Source: Candidatus Poribacteria bacterium
GTDB taxonomy: Bacteria > Poribacteria > WGA-4E > WGA-3G
NCBI GenBank assembly: GCA_964291315.2
Contig: OZ219753.1
Location: 1,664,001-1,728,000, forward strand
Length of the DNA stretch: 64,000 bases
Direction of reading: 5' to 3'
Below are positions 48,536 to 59,786 of this stretch, in pieces (position 1 is the first letter of the stretch; the number at the start of each line of letters is the position of its first letter). A model generated the notes under the pieces. That model was given only the letters and a program-made list of their open reading frames with translations, was not told where the DNA came from and made no database searches. The position numbers and the translations under genes were made by a program.

Positions 48536-50662
48536 TTACTTCAGTATCACCATTTTTCTTGTAGCGGTGAAGTCTGCTGCGGTGAGTGTATAGAAATAGA
48601 CACCGCTTGCGACAGGTGCACCGATCTCATTTTCGCCGTTCCAATATGCTGCGCGGCTCGGTTCCTGATAGCGTCCTGCCGGCTGATGTCCGAGATCCAA
48701 CGTCCGAACCAAGGCACCGCTTGCGGCGTAGATGTGCACTGTGACTTCGGTTGCTTCAGCGAGTTGATACGGTATCCACGTCTCTGGATTGAACGGGTTG
48801 GGGTAATTGGGCAGCACTGCGGTTCTGTCAGGGACCAGAGAGGCGAGGAGACGTTTGAGATTCGCAATACCTTGCCGGAAGACGAGGGAACCGTCGCTTT
48901 GCGCTTGAGCCTGCGCTATCCACGCACCAACCATTGTTGGAGATATGTGATTGTCTGACACGACACCAACAGGAGCAGCGGATATTGTCTTCTCTATACT
49001 TCTCGCTACGAAGTTAAGGTCTAAGATGTTGACTCTTCCATCACCATTTACGTCGGTTAACGGACTCGCCGGCTTGTTTCTTTCAAAATCACGTGCTACC
49101 AGAATCAGATCCAAAATGGTTACGTGCCCATCCCCGTTTACATCTGCAACACTTGGAACTGCCGGAGTTGGAGCGCTTTGGGTCCATACGGAGTAGTCTG
49201 CCTCTTCAAACCCGAAGAATCCACTCCACCATCCTTTGCCTTCGTAGACAGCAATCAATAAAGTGTTTCTGCCTTCTCTCAGCGTAACCGAAAAATGTTC
49301 TTCGTAACCGTCAGCATCCCGATCTACAGCATTTTCGTGAACTAGTGCTCCGTTGAGCCAAACCTTCACTGCATCGCCGCTTCCAACGAACATCTCTGTG
49401 TTCTGCACGCGTGGTGATTCCACGTTCAGTGAACCGTAAGCCACATGGTGATCTAGATTCCCCGTTCCTAAGCCGATAGTATTCACGAGCTCATTTATGT
49501 TATTGCCACCTTTTTTAGAGATTTTACCTAACGTCCATACCTTATCTCCAACGGCATCTCCCTCTATGGCGCCCTGCCTTGCGATGCTTAATTCTGTCAC
49601 CGCGCTGCCACTTATTTCTGCTAGAAAATCTGTTGGAGCTGCAGCTGCACTTGAACCCGACAGCCTACCTGTCGGCGCTATAACCCATAACCAAGGTCCC
49701 TCTATTTTTTTGGGAGAGGGTTTGCGCCCCAGAATAACAGTGCGTTCAGGGAAAACATCCAAAGGCGAAAAATCGCCTATTGCGTTTTCATTAAGTTCAA
49801 TCCATGTCAAGCCGGTCAACGATGCAAGTGGAGAGACATCAGTTACTCGGTTTGATTTAAGGCTCAGACGTGTCAAGCCCGTTAAACTCGCTAACGGAGA
49901 TATATCCGAAATCTCGTTCCCTACCAGATAGAGTTCTTCCAAGGTTGTGAACCCTTCTAAAACAGATATATCTGATATTTCCGCACCGCAAACATCTAGG
50001 AGTCTCAGCTTCGGTAACTTCGTCAAGGCAGCTAGGTTCAGTATAGGTGTGCCCCAAGAATGAAAACTTCTCAGACTGATTAAACCCGTAAGTGGAGACA
50101 GGTCTGCTAAGGGGTTCCCGCTCATCCATATCGAATGCAGTTTTATCAACCCCGCAAGTGGTGATAAATCGGATACAACATTATCCGAAATCTCTAGCCC
50201 CTCTAAGCTGATTAATTCTTCAAGTGGTGAAAGGTCTGCGATGAGATTATGCGGAACGATCACCCAGGTTAAGTTGATTAATTTTTCAAGCGGTGAAAGG
50301 TCTTCGATGATATTATTCCTAAGTTCTACGACCCCCAGTTTTGCCAATCGTGCAAGTGGCGATAGATCAGAGACCAGATTGTTATTACACCTTATTTGCT
50401 CCAATTCTGTGGCAAATTCAAGACCTGTTAAATCAGTGATACCGACATCATGCGCCTCAATACGTCTCAACGTCGCCATCTCTGCCCTCGTGATAGTGGG
50501 GGCATCCGGTGCTTTATCGAGTATCTCATTAATGACGGTGCGCAAACTGGCATCTGGGATATTAACGGTCTGCGCAGGTGCCGTTGGTGGAAATATCAAG
50601 CCCAACGTCACGCTGAGCATAAGTGTGGAAGCTAACATCTGTTTTATTTTTGTGAGTTGCAT
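48536..50662 (-). CDS. secreted LRR protein with dockerin and FlgD-Ig/T9SS-like CTD
   Basis: LRRs; DVNGDGHVTILDL / DVNGDGRVNILDL dockerin pair; same CTD. Confidence 0.9.
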   Translation of the reverse strand: MQLTKIKQMLASTLMLSVTLGLIFPPTAPAQTVNIPDASLRTVINEILDKAPDAPTITRAEMATLRRIEAHDVGITDLTGLEFATELEQIRCNNNLVSDLSPLARLAKLGVVELRNNIIEDLSPLEKLINLTWVIVPHNLIADLSPLEELISLEGLEISDNVVSDLSPLAGLIKLHSIWMSGNPLADLSPLTGLISLRSFHSWGTPILNLAALTKLPKLRLLDVCGAEISDISVLEGFTTLEELYLVGNEISDISPLASLTGLTRLSLKSNRVTDVSPLASLTGLTWIELNENAIGDFSPLDVFPERTVILGRKPSPKKIEGPWLWVIAPTGRLSGSSAAAAPTDFLAEISGSAVTELSIARQGAIEGDAVGDKVWTLGKISKKGGNNINELVNTIGLGTGNLDHHVAYGSLNVESPRVQNTEMFVGSGDAVKVWLNGALVHENAVDRDADGYEEHFSVTLREGRNTLLIAVYEGKGWWSGFFGFEEADYSVWTQSAPTPAVPSVADVNGDGHVTILDLILVARDFERNKPASPLTDVNGDGRVNILDLNFVARSIEKTISAAPVGVVSDNHISPTMVGAWIAQAQAQSDGSLVFRQGIANLKRLLASLVPDRTAVLPNYPNPFNPETWIPYQLAEATEVTVHIYAASGALVRTLDLGHQPAGRYQEPSRAAYWNGENEIGAPVASGVYFYTLTAADFTATRKMVILK

Positions 50663-51246
50663 AACACAAGCATAACCTAATTTGGTCCTCGGCGTATGGA
50701 CAAAATTCGGATTTACCTCCTTTGCTACTGCCGCGGTATTCGGTTGGTAATTCGTTTCGATCCTAAAAATACAAGTGATCTGTGTAACTTTATTTTATAT
50801 AACGTGAGCCTGAAAAAGTTTAGTGTCTTATATGCCCCCTTTACAAGTCGATCGGTGATATAACCTGCGGCTCTCAGCCTGTTTTTCTTGAAGGTGTAGA
50901 CAATTTTGAGCGGCACATCATCAATATCGGATTCCGTTCCTGCAATCCTCCACAGTTTCCGTTCTAATTATATCTTAAACTGTTAAATATATCAACGGCT
51001 TTATTTTTATACTGAAATCTATTGTTAAAAAGAAAAAACGGAGTGCAAATGCAGGAGAAGCAATGCTTGATACAGTTTTCAATATTATCGGAACAGGCGG
51101 TTTTAAATTTTAGTTTGACAAAATTTTGGAAATTATCAATAATAATTACAAATTTATTACACATCAGGGCTCGAGGTATCCATGCCTCATAATCTTAAGA
51201 ATCTAACCTCGACGTAAAAACGAGGAAATATTTAGGAGGAAAAGAC

Positions 51247-52080
51247 GTGACCCATTTATACGTTTCTATAGGATGTATCGCTCTATTGTTATGTGTATCG
51301 TTCCCCATCGGACCCGCCAGCGCGCAGCGCGATGAAGCAACTGTTGCTGCAATCTGGGATTTTAATGATGGGAGCGCCAAAGATAGCTCAAAAAAAGGGC
51401 TAAACGGCAATTTCACCGGAGATCCGCAAGCCGTCGAGGGTATCTCTGGAAAAGCGTTGAAGTTCAATGGCAAAAGCGACGGTATTAAACTTCCAGATTC
51501 TGCGGACATTAACACCGGTGGCCCTTACACCAACCGAACGATCGCTGCGTTATTCAACTGTGACGATGTGAAGATCGACGATCGGAAGCAGGTGATTTTC
51601 GAAGAAGGCGGCGCGACCCGTGGACTGATAATATACGTGCACGGCGGCAAGCTCTATGTCGGCGGCTGGAACCGCGCCGAGTACAATTGGAACGGCGCAT
51701 GGCCCTTCGCAGAAGTGAAGTCAAAGCGGTGGTACCATGTCGGTTTAGTGATCCGTGACGGGGCCGCGAAGGTAGAAAATAAAAAGTTTGAAATGTGGCT
51801 CGATGGCAAACGTATCGCCCAAGAAAAGGGTGGCCAGTTGCACGCGCATGCCGACGACATGGGAATCGGTCATCTCAACCAAAATACTGTCTATCATGAT
51901 GGCGGTGGCGGCGGCAGTGATATGGACTACTTTGGCGGTCTCATAGACGAAGTTCTTGTCTACGGCTCCGCTTTTGACGAAGCCGACTTCGCTAAACTCG
52001 CTTCACCCTTGAGCGTTGAAGCCCAATCGAAATTCACAACTACCTGGGCATATATGAAAACGCAACGAATCGAAAATTAA
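51247..52080 (+). CDS. secreted LamG/ConA-like domain protein
   Basis: GKALKFNG, WYHV, FGGLIDEV; C-terminal SVEAQSKFTTTWAYMK. Confidence 0.88.
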   Translation: MTHLYVSIGCIALLLCVSFPIGPASAQRDEATVAAIWDFNDGSAKDSSKKGLNGNFTGDPQAVEGISGKALKFNGKSDGIKLPDSADINTGGPYTNRTIAALFNCDDVKIDDRKQVIFEEGGATRGLIIYVHGGKLYVGGWNRAEYNWNGAWPFAEVKSKRWYHVGLVIRDGAAKVENKKFEMWLDGKRIAQEKGGQLHAHADDMGIGHLNQNTVYHDGGGGGSDMDYFGGLIDEVLVYGSAFDEADFAKLASPLSVEAQSKFTTTWAYMKTQRIEN

Positions 52081-52142
52081 CCTCAATGTTTAGATCGAGA
52101 TTCAAAAATAACAGTCTATAGACGAAAAGGAGGTATGCCACA

Positions 52143-52979
52143 ATGGCGAAATACCGTTTTATTTTTTTATTCACGGTTTTGCTCATGCTTATCGCTGCAT
52201 CCACTTACGCTGCGAAAGACGAGGCAACTCTCGAAGGTGAATGGAGTCTTGAAGACTTAGACGTTGCCGATTCCTCCGGAAAAGGCTTAGATGGGACAGT
52301 TGTGGGAGCCCCTGAGATCGTTGAGGGTATTGTCGGCTCCGCACTACTTTTTAACGGCATAGATGACGGAATCCAACTCCCTAATTCCGAAGGTATTAAT
52401 GCCATCGCACAACCCGATTTCTACACAGATCGGACAATAGCCTGCTACTTTAAATGTACCGATGTGGATATTGCTGATCACAAACAGACGATCTATGAGG
52501 AAGGCGGACAAACACGTGGCCTCGTCCTCTATGTGTTTGACGGGCAACTCTATGTCGGCGGCTGGAACCGAGCAGAATACAACTGGGATGGCGCATGGCC
52601 CTCTGTCTCAATAGAATCAGGGATGTGGTATCACGTGGCCCTGATTCTACGCCAAGCAGATGCCGCTGTTGAAGCCGACAAATTCGAGATGTGGCTTAAC
52701 GGCGAACAAGTTGCCAGCGAAGACGGCGGCGCACTTTATGGGCATAGTGCCGCTATCGGCATCGGTTATGTCAATACCGACACCGTTTTTCACGATGAAG
52801 TAATTGCAGGCACCGACATGCACTACTTCGGCGGGAGCATAGATGAAGTCATCGTCTACAATTCCGCTTTTGACAAAGCCGACTTCGCTGAATATGCAGA
52901 GATGATCGTAAGTGTTGAACCACAAGACAAATTCACCACAACATGGGCAAGCCTCAAGGCACAACGCACACTGCGATAG
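52143..52979 (+). CDS. secreted LamG/ConA-like domain protein (tandem paralogue)
   Basis: Shares LYVGGWNRAEYNW with the upstream gene; C-terminal SVEPQDKFTTTWASLK. Confidence 0.88.
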   Translation: MAKYRFIFLFTVLLMLIAASTYAAKDEATLEGEWSLEDLDVADSSGKGLDGTVVGAPEIVEGIVGSALLFNGIDDGIQLPNSEGINAIAQPDFYTDRTIACYFKCTDVDIADHKQTIYEEGGQTRGLVLYVFDGQLYVGGWNRAEYNWDGAWPSVSIESGMWYHVALILRQADAAVEADKFEMWLNGEQVASEDGGALYGHSAAIGIGYVNTDTVFHDEVIAGTDMHYFGGSIDEVIVYNSAFDKADFAEYAEMIVSVEPQDKFTTTWASLKAQRTLR

Positions 52980-53018
52980 CCCTTGTCTCTATTTGTATTT
53001 ATGTAGTGTATTTATTGT

Positions 53019-53049
53019 GTAGGGCGAGGTTTCCCTGCCTCTGCCCTAC
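53019..53049. repeat. GTAG-type REP-like palindrome
   Basis: GTAGGGCGAGG...CCTCTGCCCTAC. Confidence 0.55.
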
Positions 53050-53332
53050 GCTCTTTACAACACTGATACAGAAAATGTATCGCACAGCTAGTCATTAAAC
53101 TCACAACATCACACACATAATAACAACAATAAATTGTCCTGATCTAATCTGTCTTTCCTGCCAAATCAACACGCCAGATGCCAAAGTGTCACAGCACTAG
53201 TGACAGGGATCCCTCGGTCGCGGAAATCTCGTAGGAGCGATTCGTCTTCGGCAATCCGACACGGACGCTTCTCACGGACTTCAAAAACCTCTCTGCTTCA
53301 AATTCCTTCAAATCACACAATACGGAGAAAAG

Positions 53333-53348
53333 TGGCATAGATTTTGCT
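53333..53348 (+). promoter_or_regulatory. sigma-54 promoter upstream of clpB
   Basis: TGGCATAGATTTTGCT (GG-N10-GC), ~65 bp before the ATG. Confidence 0.7.
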
Positions 53349-53413
53349 ATATCATATGTCGAATGGATTTGAATGCAATTGAAATAAAATAGGAACAACG
53401 TAGGAGGCACATC

Positions 53414-55996
53414 ATGAGATTTGATAGACTTACGATTAAAGCACAAGAAGCACTACAAACAGCACAGACTTTTGCCTCAGATACCCAAAGTCCAGAACTT
53501 GGTGTTGAACATTTAATGTTGGTTCTCATTAGGCAGACCGATGGAATTGTCACGCCCATTTTTCAGAAATTAGGAGCTGATGTTCCCAAAATCACGTCAA
53601 CCATTGAAAACCTCGTTCAAAAATCGCCAAAAGTGCAAGGCGGAGCTGCCGAGATGCGCATCGCCCCAGCCCTACAAACTCTTCTAGATGCAGGCTTCAA
53701 AGAGGCGACAGCGCTCAAAGACGAATACGTCAGCACAGAACATCTCCTCATAGCGTGTACCGAGGCAAAGCAGACCGACGTCAGCAAAATCCTTCAGGAA
53801 GAGGGAGTAACAAAAGACAAAATCCTCAAGGCGCTTGTTGACATCCGTGGTAACCAGCGAATAACCGATCAGAATCCAGAGGACAAGTACCAAGCACTCA
53901 CCCGATTCGGCCGTGAACTTACACAAGAGGCGATTTCCGGGAAACTTGACCCGGTTATCGGACGCGATGATGAAATCCGCCGCGTGATGCAAGTGCTCTC
54001 CCGTAGACGCAAAAACAACCCCGTTCTCATCGGGGAACCCGGAGTCGGGAAAACAGCAATTGTGGAGGGATTAGCACAGCGGATCGCCGACGGTGATGTG
54101 CCAGAAAGCCTGCGCGAGAAACGCCTCATTGCCCTAGATCTAGGGGCACTCATTGCGGGTAGTAAATACCGCGGTGAATTTGAAGACAGGCTGAAAGCCG
54201 TGCTTGCCGATATAGAGCAAGCAGAAGGACAGATAATCCTTTTTATCGACGAACTTCATACTATCGTGGGCGCTGGAGCAGCAGAAGGTGCAGTTGACGC
54301 ATCAAACATGCTTAAACCAGCACTAGCGCGAGGTGAACTCCGATGCATCGGGGCAACCACGCTCGACGAATACCGCAAACACATTGAAAAAGATGCCGCC
54401 TTGGAACGGAGATTCCAGCCTGTACAGGTCGAAGAACCCTCCGTCGAAGACACAATTGCCATCCTCCGAGGTCTGAAGGAACGGTATGAGACGCATCACG
54501 GTGTGCAAATCCAAGACAACGCCATTGTCGCCGCCGCGGCACTCTCAAAACGTTATATATCAGAACGCTTTTTGCCCGATAAAGCCGTGGATTTAGTCGA
54601 CGAAGCCGCATCGCGGCTGCGGATCGAAATTGACAGCGTGCCGGAGGCCATCGACGAGGTGGAACGCCGCATCATCCAACTCCAGATAGAGGAGCAAGCG
54701 TTGGAGAAAGAGGAAGACAGCGTCTCGCAACAACGCCTCGAAAAACTGACCGCTGAACTCGCAGAACTCAAAGAGAAAGGAAATTCCCTCAAAGCCGCAT
54801 GGCAGAACGAAAAGGCGAGCTTGACACAGATTGGTGATCTCATGGAGCAAATCGAAGCACTCCGTATTGAATCCGAGCAAGCCAAACGAACCGGAGACCT
54901 CGGCAGAGCGTCGGAACTGGAATACGGTAGAATACCTGCCCTCGAATCAGAGCTCAAGACTGCCCGAGAAACATTGGAAACAAGCGCGGATGGCACACAG
55001 ATGTTGAAAGAACAAGTCGATGCGGAGGATATTGCTGAGATTGTGGCCAAATGGACCGGTATCTTTGTATCTCGACTCATGGAAGGCGAAACCCAGAAAC
55101 TTATTCATATGGAAGAACGACTAAGTGAGCTCGTCATCGGACAGGATGAAGCAGTCACCGCCGTCTCCAACGCAATTCGCAGGGCGCGGGTAGGGCTCGG
55201 GGACCCCGATCGACCACTCGGTTCTTTCCTCTTCATGGGGCCAACCGGGGTCGGTAAGACACACCTCGCTAAATCACTTGCCGAATTCCTGTTTGACGAT
55301 GCAAACGCCATGACGCGAATTGACATGAGCGAGTATATGGAGAAACATACTGTCTCTCGACTCATTGGCGCACCGCCTGGATACGTCGGTTATGATGAAG
55401 GCGGGCAGTTGACTGAGGCGGTGAGACGACACCCCTATTGTGTTATCCTGCTCGACGAAGTAGAGAAAGCGCATCCAGAGGTATTCAACGTCTTACTCCA
55501 GATGCTCGACGACGGCAGAATGACGGACGGACAAGGACGCACGGTCGATTTCAAAAACACCGTCGTTATTATGACTTCGAATATCGGCAGTCAATGGATT
55601 AGTGACGCACTCTTGGATAGAAAAGAAATTCGGCGTAAGGTAATGGAAGCCGTGCAAGCACACTTCTCACCGGAATTCCTGAACCGTATCGACGACCTGA
55701 TTATCTTCGATCGCCTCGGCATTGAGGAACTGAAGCGGATTGTCACATTGGAATTGGCAGAACTGAGCCATCGCTTCGCGGAGAAAGAAATGAGCCTGAC
55801 GCTCTCTGAACCTGCAAACGAGGAGTTGGTAAAACGCGGATTCGACCCTGTTTACGGGGCACGCCCGCTCCGCCGAACAATCCAGCGAGATATCCTCAAC
55901 CCCTTGGCTCTCCGGATGTTGGAGGGCACCTTCCACGACGGCGATGCGATTACCGTTGACTTTGAGAATGCAGAATTCGCTTTCAGAAAAACGTGA
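53414..55996 (+). CDS. clpB: ATP-dependent chaperone ClpB
   Basis: Two AAA+ modules ([16 protein letters not shown]), coiled-coil middle domain, GYVG loop; 860 aa. Confidence 0.97.
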   Translation: MRFDRLTIKAQEALQTAQTFASDTQSPELGVEHLMLVLIRQTDGIVTPIFQKLGADVPKITSTIENLVQKSPKVQGGAAEMRIAPALQTLLDAGFKEATALKDEYVSTEHLLIACTEAKQTDVSKILQEEGVTKDKILKALVDIRGNQRITDQNPEDKYQALTRFGRELTQEAISGKLDPVIGRDDEIRRVMQVLSRRRKNNPVLIGEPGVGKTAIVEGLAQRIADGDVPESLREKRLIALDLGALIAGSKYRGEFEDRLKAVLADIEQAEGQIILFIDELHTIVGAGAAEGAVDASNMLKPALARGELRCIGATTLDEYRKHIEKDAALERRFQPVQVEEPSVEDTIAILRGLKERYETHHGVQIQDNAIVAAAALSKRYISERFLPDKAVDLVDEAASRLRIEIDSVPEAIDEVERRIIQLQIEEQALEKEEDSVSQQRLEKLTAELAELKEKGNSLKAAWQNEKASLTQIGDLMEQIEALRIESEQAKRTGDLGRASELEYGRIPALESELKTARETLETSADGTQMLKEQVDAEDIAEIVAKWTGIFVSRLMEGETQKLIHMEERLSELVIGQDEAVTAVSNAIRRARVGLGDPDRPLGSFLFMGPTGVGKTHLAKSLAEFLFDDANAMTRIDMSEYMEKHTVSRLIGAPPGYVGYDEGGQLTEAVRRHPYCVILLDEVEKAHPEVFNVLLQMLDDGRMTDGQGRTVDFKNTVVIMTSNIGSQWISDALLDRKEIRRKVMEAVQAHFSPEFLNRIDDLIIFDRLGIEELKRIVTLELAELSHRFAEKEMSLTLSEPANEELVKRGFDPVYGARPLRRTIQRDILNPLALRMLEGTFHDGDAITVDFENAEFAFRKT

Positions 55997-56486
55997 TTTT
56001 TAGTTACAGGTTATCGCCTAAAAGAATTTGCGACTTACCCAATCGCCTTTCATCTGTTAGGAGGAACAGAAGACTGGGGTGGCAGAAGTTTGGCTTCTCT
56101 TCCAGTCTTCCCTTCCTTTCTTTAATAATGGAGTGGGGCACTGCGTTAACCGGGACGTCTTGTTCATAGGCTTTGTTTAACACAGGGTCGGTTTTCATAG
56201 TTCCCTTATAAATGGCGAGATACCCGCCTATTTTAAATCTAAGAAATCACACGGATCTATTCCCGCATCCTTTTTATTTATTGCCTTAACACCGTCAGGC
56301 AAAACAGAAAAACCGTTTTTAACGATAGGGGTTGTGCCGAGAGGCCCATTTGCACTCCTTCCTTTATATTACATAATTTATCATAAATTATGTTCGCGAG
56401 AAAGATGGATAAGGTGAACATTGCCGCCGATTTGTATTGAGACATTTTCATGAAAAGACCTCCATTAGGTTATTGTAGAAAGCCCA

Positions 56487-57389
56487 CTATGGCGCGGGCT
56501 TCGTGCGATTACGTTCTTTCCATTCCGTGTAGAACTCTTCAAAATCTATATCTGGCGAAGCGGGCTTCGTGCGATTAATTTCGTCCCGCTCGCGATTGAG
56601 TTGTTCCCGCTCCACTTCCAATGCCCGCCACGCTATCGCCAGAGCTTCTCGGGTTTCCGCGAGTGCCTGCGCCTCCTGATTTAACTCCTCAACGGACTTC
56701 GCGGCGCCGAACTCCTCGATGTGCGTAAAAAAAAGATCCACTGTCTCGACAGGCTGCGTTTTCAATGCCTCTTTCCGCGCAACCTCAAGTTGTTCAGGGG
56801 ACATCAGCGAAAAAACTGATAAGATATGTTCCCGCCTCTTCTTTGAATCCGCGTGACTCGCCTCCCCATGGGCTAATTCTTTTCTAACCAATGCACTGTC
56901 CCTTTTGTGGTGTGCCCGTCTCCGCTGGTCCCATTCGTGATACCGAGTCGCACGCTCGATGGACGCGATGCGATATTCTTCCTGGATTTCCTTGGCGACA
57001 TCCAGCGGCACACCTTTGAGAGGCCCTGACTGCACAACTTCCACCCGCTCGGTAGATATGGCAGCAACGGTGTCATCAGACGCGGGCGCAGCGGGCATCG
57101 GTCCGGTCTCGGAGGAGCCCTTTATTGACGCAGGAGGGGATACGGGGGTACCGTTTCGCTTGGCCGCCGCCGCTTTTAGGCGCCGAACTTCGGCGCGCGC
57201 CTCTGCCAGCTGTTGCGTCAACATTGCCTCTCTGTCTTTGTATAGGGACATATTTAAGTAATCAAACAAGAACATCGATGTCCCAAATGCGACTGCAAAA
57301 ATTATGAAAAAATCGACAAGATTCAACCTACGCTCGGTAAAAGCATTAAAAATACGCGGGTCGGTAAAAAAACGACAACGCCGACTCAT
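56487..57389 (-). CDS. membrane-anchored coiled-coil hypothetical protein
   Basis: N-terminal TM, Pro/Ala linker, charged helical C-terminal region; AGGAG RBS. Confidence 0.7.
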   Translation of the reverse strand: MSRRCRFFTDPRIFNAFTERRLNLVDFFIIFAVAFGTSMFLFDYLNMSLYKDREAMLTQQLAEARAEVRRLKAAAAKRNGTPVSPPASIKGSSETGPMPAAPASDDTVAAISTERVEVVQSGPLKGVPLDVAKEIQEEYRIASIERATRYHEWDQRRRAHHKRDSALVRKELAHGEASHADSKKRREHILSVFSLMSPEQLEVARKEALKTQPVETVDLFFTHIEEFGAAKSVEELNQEAQALAETREALAIAWRALEVEREQLNRERDEINRTKPASPDIDFEEFYTEWKERNRTKPAP

Positions 57390-57893
57390 GAGTCAATCTC
57401 CTATAGGGTAGTTATCCGCTTGCGTCTTGCATCTATCCGCGTCCGGACAGCGGGGCTTTTGACACTGCTGCGGTTGTTATTCAACTTTTGCGGAGTATTG
57501 CCGAAACGCAATAAAAGCAAAAGTGCTTGCTAATGCGCAAAATCGACATCAAAAGCATTATAGCCAAAAGCCACAAAAATGGTCAAGTTTTTTAAAATAG
57601 GATATAATAAGTTATAATATAGGAGATTGTTCAAAAGAATAATTTTCCAATTGTTAGCGTTGATTTTTTGAAGGTTCTGATAAAATATAAAAGCAGGTAA
57701 TTCAGACGCAGATATTCATTAGTGGATAGATAGAGGCTGACTAAACTATAGATTGTGAGTTAGGTGTTCATGACACAAAACTCGGTCTAGTCCACCTCCT
57801 GAATCCAACAACCTGAAATATATTTGAGTTGTGTGATGTTAAGCCTACCATAGATGATACAGTCACTCAGACTCAGGCGAAAAAGGAGGCCGC

Positions 57894-58875
57894 ATGTCCG
57901 GATTTTTTTTAGGGATTGATGGGGGTGGAACAAAAACGAGGTGCGCGATTGCCGATGAAACAGGCAAAGTGATCGGTTTCGGTCAAGCCGGCGGGTGCAA
58001 AACTGATACGTATACGACACATCAGAGAGCCCAGCAGAATGTTCGATCCGCTGTTGCTCTTGCGATCGATGAAGCAGGAATTGCCTTGGCAGACATCACA
58101 ACAGCTTGTTTTGGTATTCCGGGAATCGATTCACGTGCTGACCTTAAGAAGGCCTGTCAACTGACCGAATTCACAGAACTTAAGGGGCAGGCACTCATAG
58201 AAACAGATGCCAAAATCGCGTGGGCGGGTGCGCTTGTGTGTCAACCCGGTGTCGGCGTTGTGTCCGGTAATGGTTTTGATGTGTATGGCGTTAGTGGAGA
58301 CGGAGAAGAAATGAAAGCACTCGGGCCGGAGGGGCCTTTTATACTCTACGGTGAATCGTGTGAAGACTTGGAAAACAGGATCCTTTATGAATGCCTCGCG
58401 GCAAACGAAGCCTCTCCGATGCTAGCAAACGTGTTAGAACTTATAGGCTTTCAGACACAAGCGGCATGGATTGCCAAGGCCCAAGAACATAAGTTTTCTT
58501 GGCGTGAACATAGAGGGGTTGCTACCACTTGCTGTCAAAGCAGCTCGAGCGGGTGATGAATGCGCGTCTCATATTTTTCAAGAGGCGGGTAGGACATTAG
58601 GGTTAGCAGCTGTAACGCTTATGAAATGCCTCCGGATTCGTGAGACAGACATCTCATTCATCGGGGGTGCCTTTGAAGTCTGCGGTGAGCTACTGTCTGG
58701 GCCTTTCAGGCACATTGTGTCAAGTAGATGTCCTCGTTCTACGGTCGTCTTTCCGAGGCTGAAACCCGTGGCCGGCGCCCTTTTTCTAGCAATGCGCGCG
58801 ACGGGTAGAAAAATAGACACACCGCTCATTGAAAACATGGCTGCGGCACTTTCTATCAAAAACAACCCGCTCTAA
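57894..58875 (+). pseudogene. BadF/BadG/BcrA/BcrD-type sugar (GlcNAc) kinase, frameshifted
   Basis: GIDGGGTKT and ETDA..GVVSGNG in one frame; LLPLAVKAARAGD..GGAF in another; shift near 58490-58520. Confidence 0.75.
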
Positions 58876-58889
58876 CCTAACAACTCTAC

Positions 58890-58918
58890 TTGACAATTCT
58901 ATTCATGCGGAGTATAAT
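58890..58918 (+). promoter_or_regulatory. perfect consensus sigma-70 promoter for trpA
   Basis: TTGACA-17 nt-TATAAT. Confidence 0.8.
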
Positions 58919-58961
58919 TGAAAAAAATATATTCAGAGAAAGCCGGGACTCAATTATATCC

Positions 58962-59765
58962 ATGAATAATCGAATTGACAAAAAATTTCAAAACCTCCGA
59001 GAGCAAGGTGTTAGGGCTTTTATGCCATATCTCTGTGCTGGAGACCCAAATCCTGAGCTTACCCGTGAACTCCTTCTTACGCTTGAGGAAGCCGGAGCAG
59101 ATCTTATTGAACTCGGAGTTCCCTTCTCCGATCCGATCGCAGACGGACCCACTATTCAACGTGCAAGTGAACGCGCACTTGCACATCACATCTCACTGCA
59201 ACAGATTTTGGAAATAGTGGCAGACCTTCGCACACAAACAGAAATTCCTATCGCTTTAATGAGCTACTATAATCCGATCTTTAGGATGGGCGAGGAGACG
59301 TTTTGTAAAGCTGCACATGAGGCAGGTGTGGACGGTTTAATTGTTCCCGACCTACCACCAGAGCAGGCGCAACCCCTTCTTGAAACCGCCCCTGATTATA
59401 ACCTCGCGACGATTTTCCTCGTTGCTCCGACGAGCCCGCCAGAACGGATACAATTGATTGCATCGGTCAGCACAGGTTTTATCTACTGTGTTTCTGTAAC
59501 GGGTGTGACAGGGGCCCGGGCCATGCTATCGGATGAGATCACTCCGATGCTTGCAGAACTGCGAAAACATACAGACAAACCAATCAGTGTCGGTTTCGGT
59601 GTCTCAACGTCTGAGCAAGCGAAACACGTGGCTGCGATCGCCGATGGCGTGATCGTCGGAAGCGCTATTATCAACGTTATTGAAGCGAATATGAACGACG
59701 AAGCGAAGTTATTCACTGCTGTCAAGCGATTCGCGTCAGATTTAGCTGCCGGTGTCAAAGCCTAA
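58962..59765 (+). CDS. trpA: tryptophan synthase alpha subunit
   Basis: ELGVPFSDPIADGPTIQ, VSVTGVTG, VGFGV, IVGSA. Confidence 0.96.
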   Translation: MNNRIDKKFQNLREQGVRAFMPYLCAGDPNPELTRELLLTLEEAGADLIELGVPFSDPIADGPTIQRASERALAHHISLQQILEIVADLRTQTEIPIALMSYYNPIFRMGEETFCKAAHEAGVDGLIVPDLPPEQAQPLLETAPDYNLATIFLVAPTSPPERIQLIASVSTGFIYCVSVTGVTGARAMLSDEITPMLAELRKHTDKPISVGFGVSTSEQAKHVAAIADGVIVGSAIINVIEANMNDEAKLFTAVKRFASDLAAGVKA

Positions 59766-59786
59766 AGCCCCTGGGCTTGCTTATGC

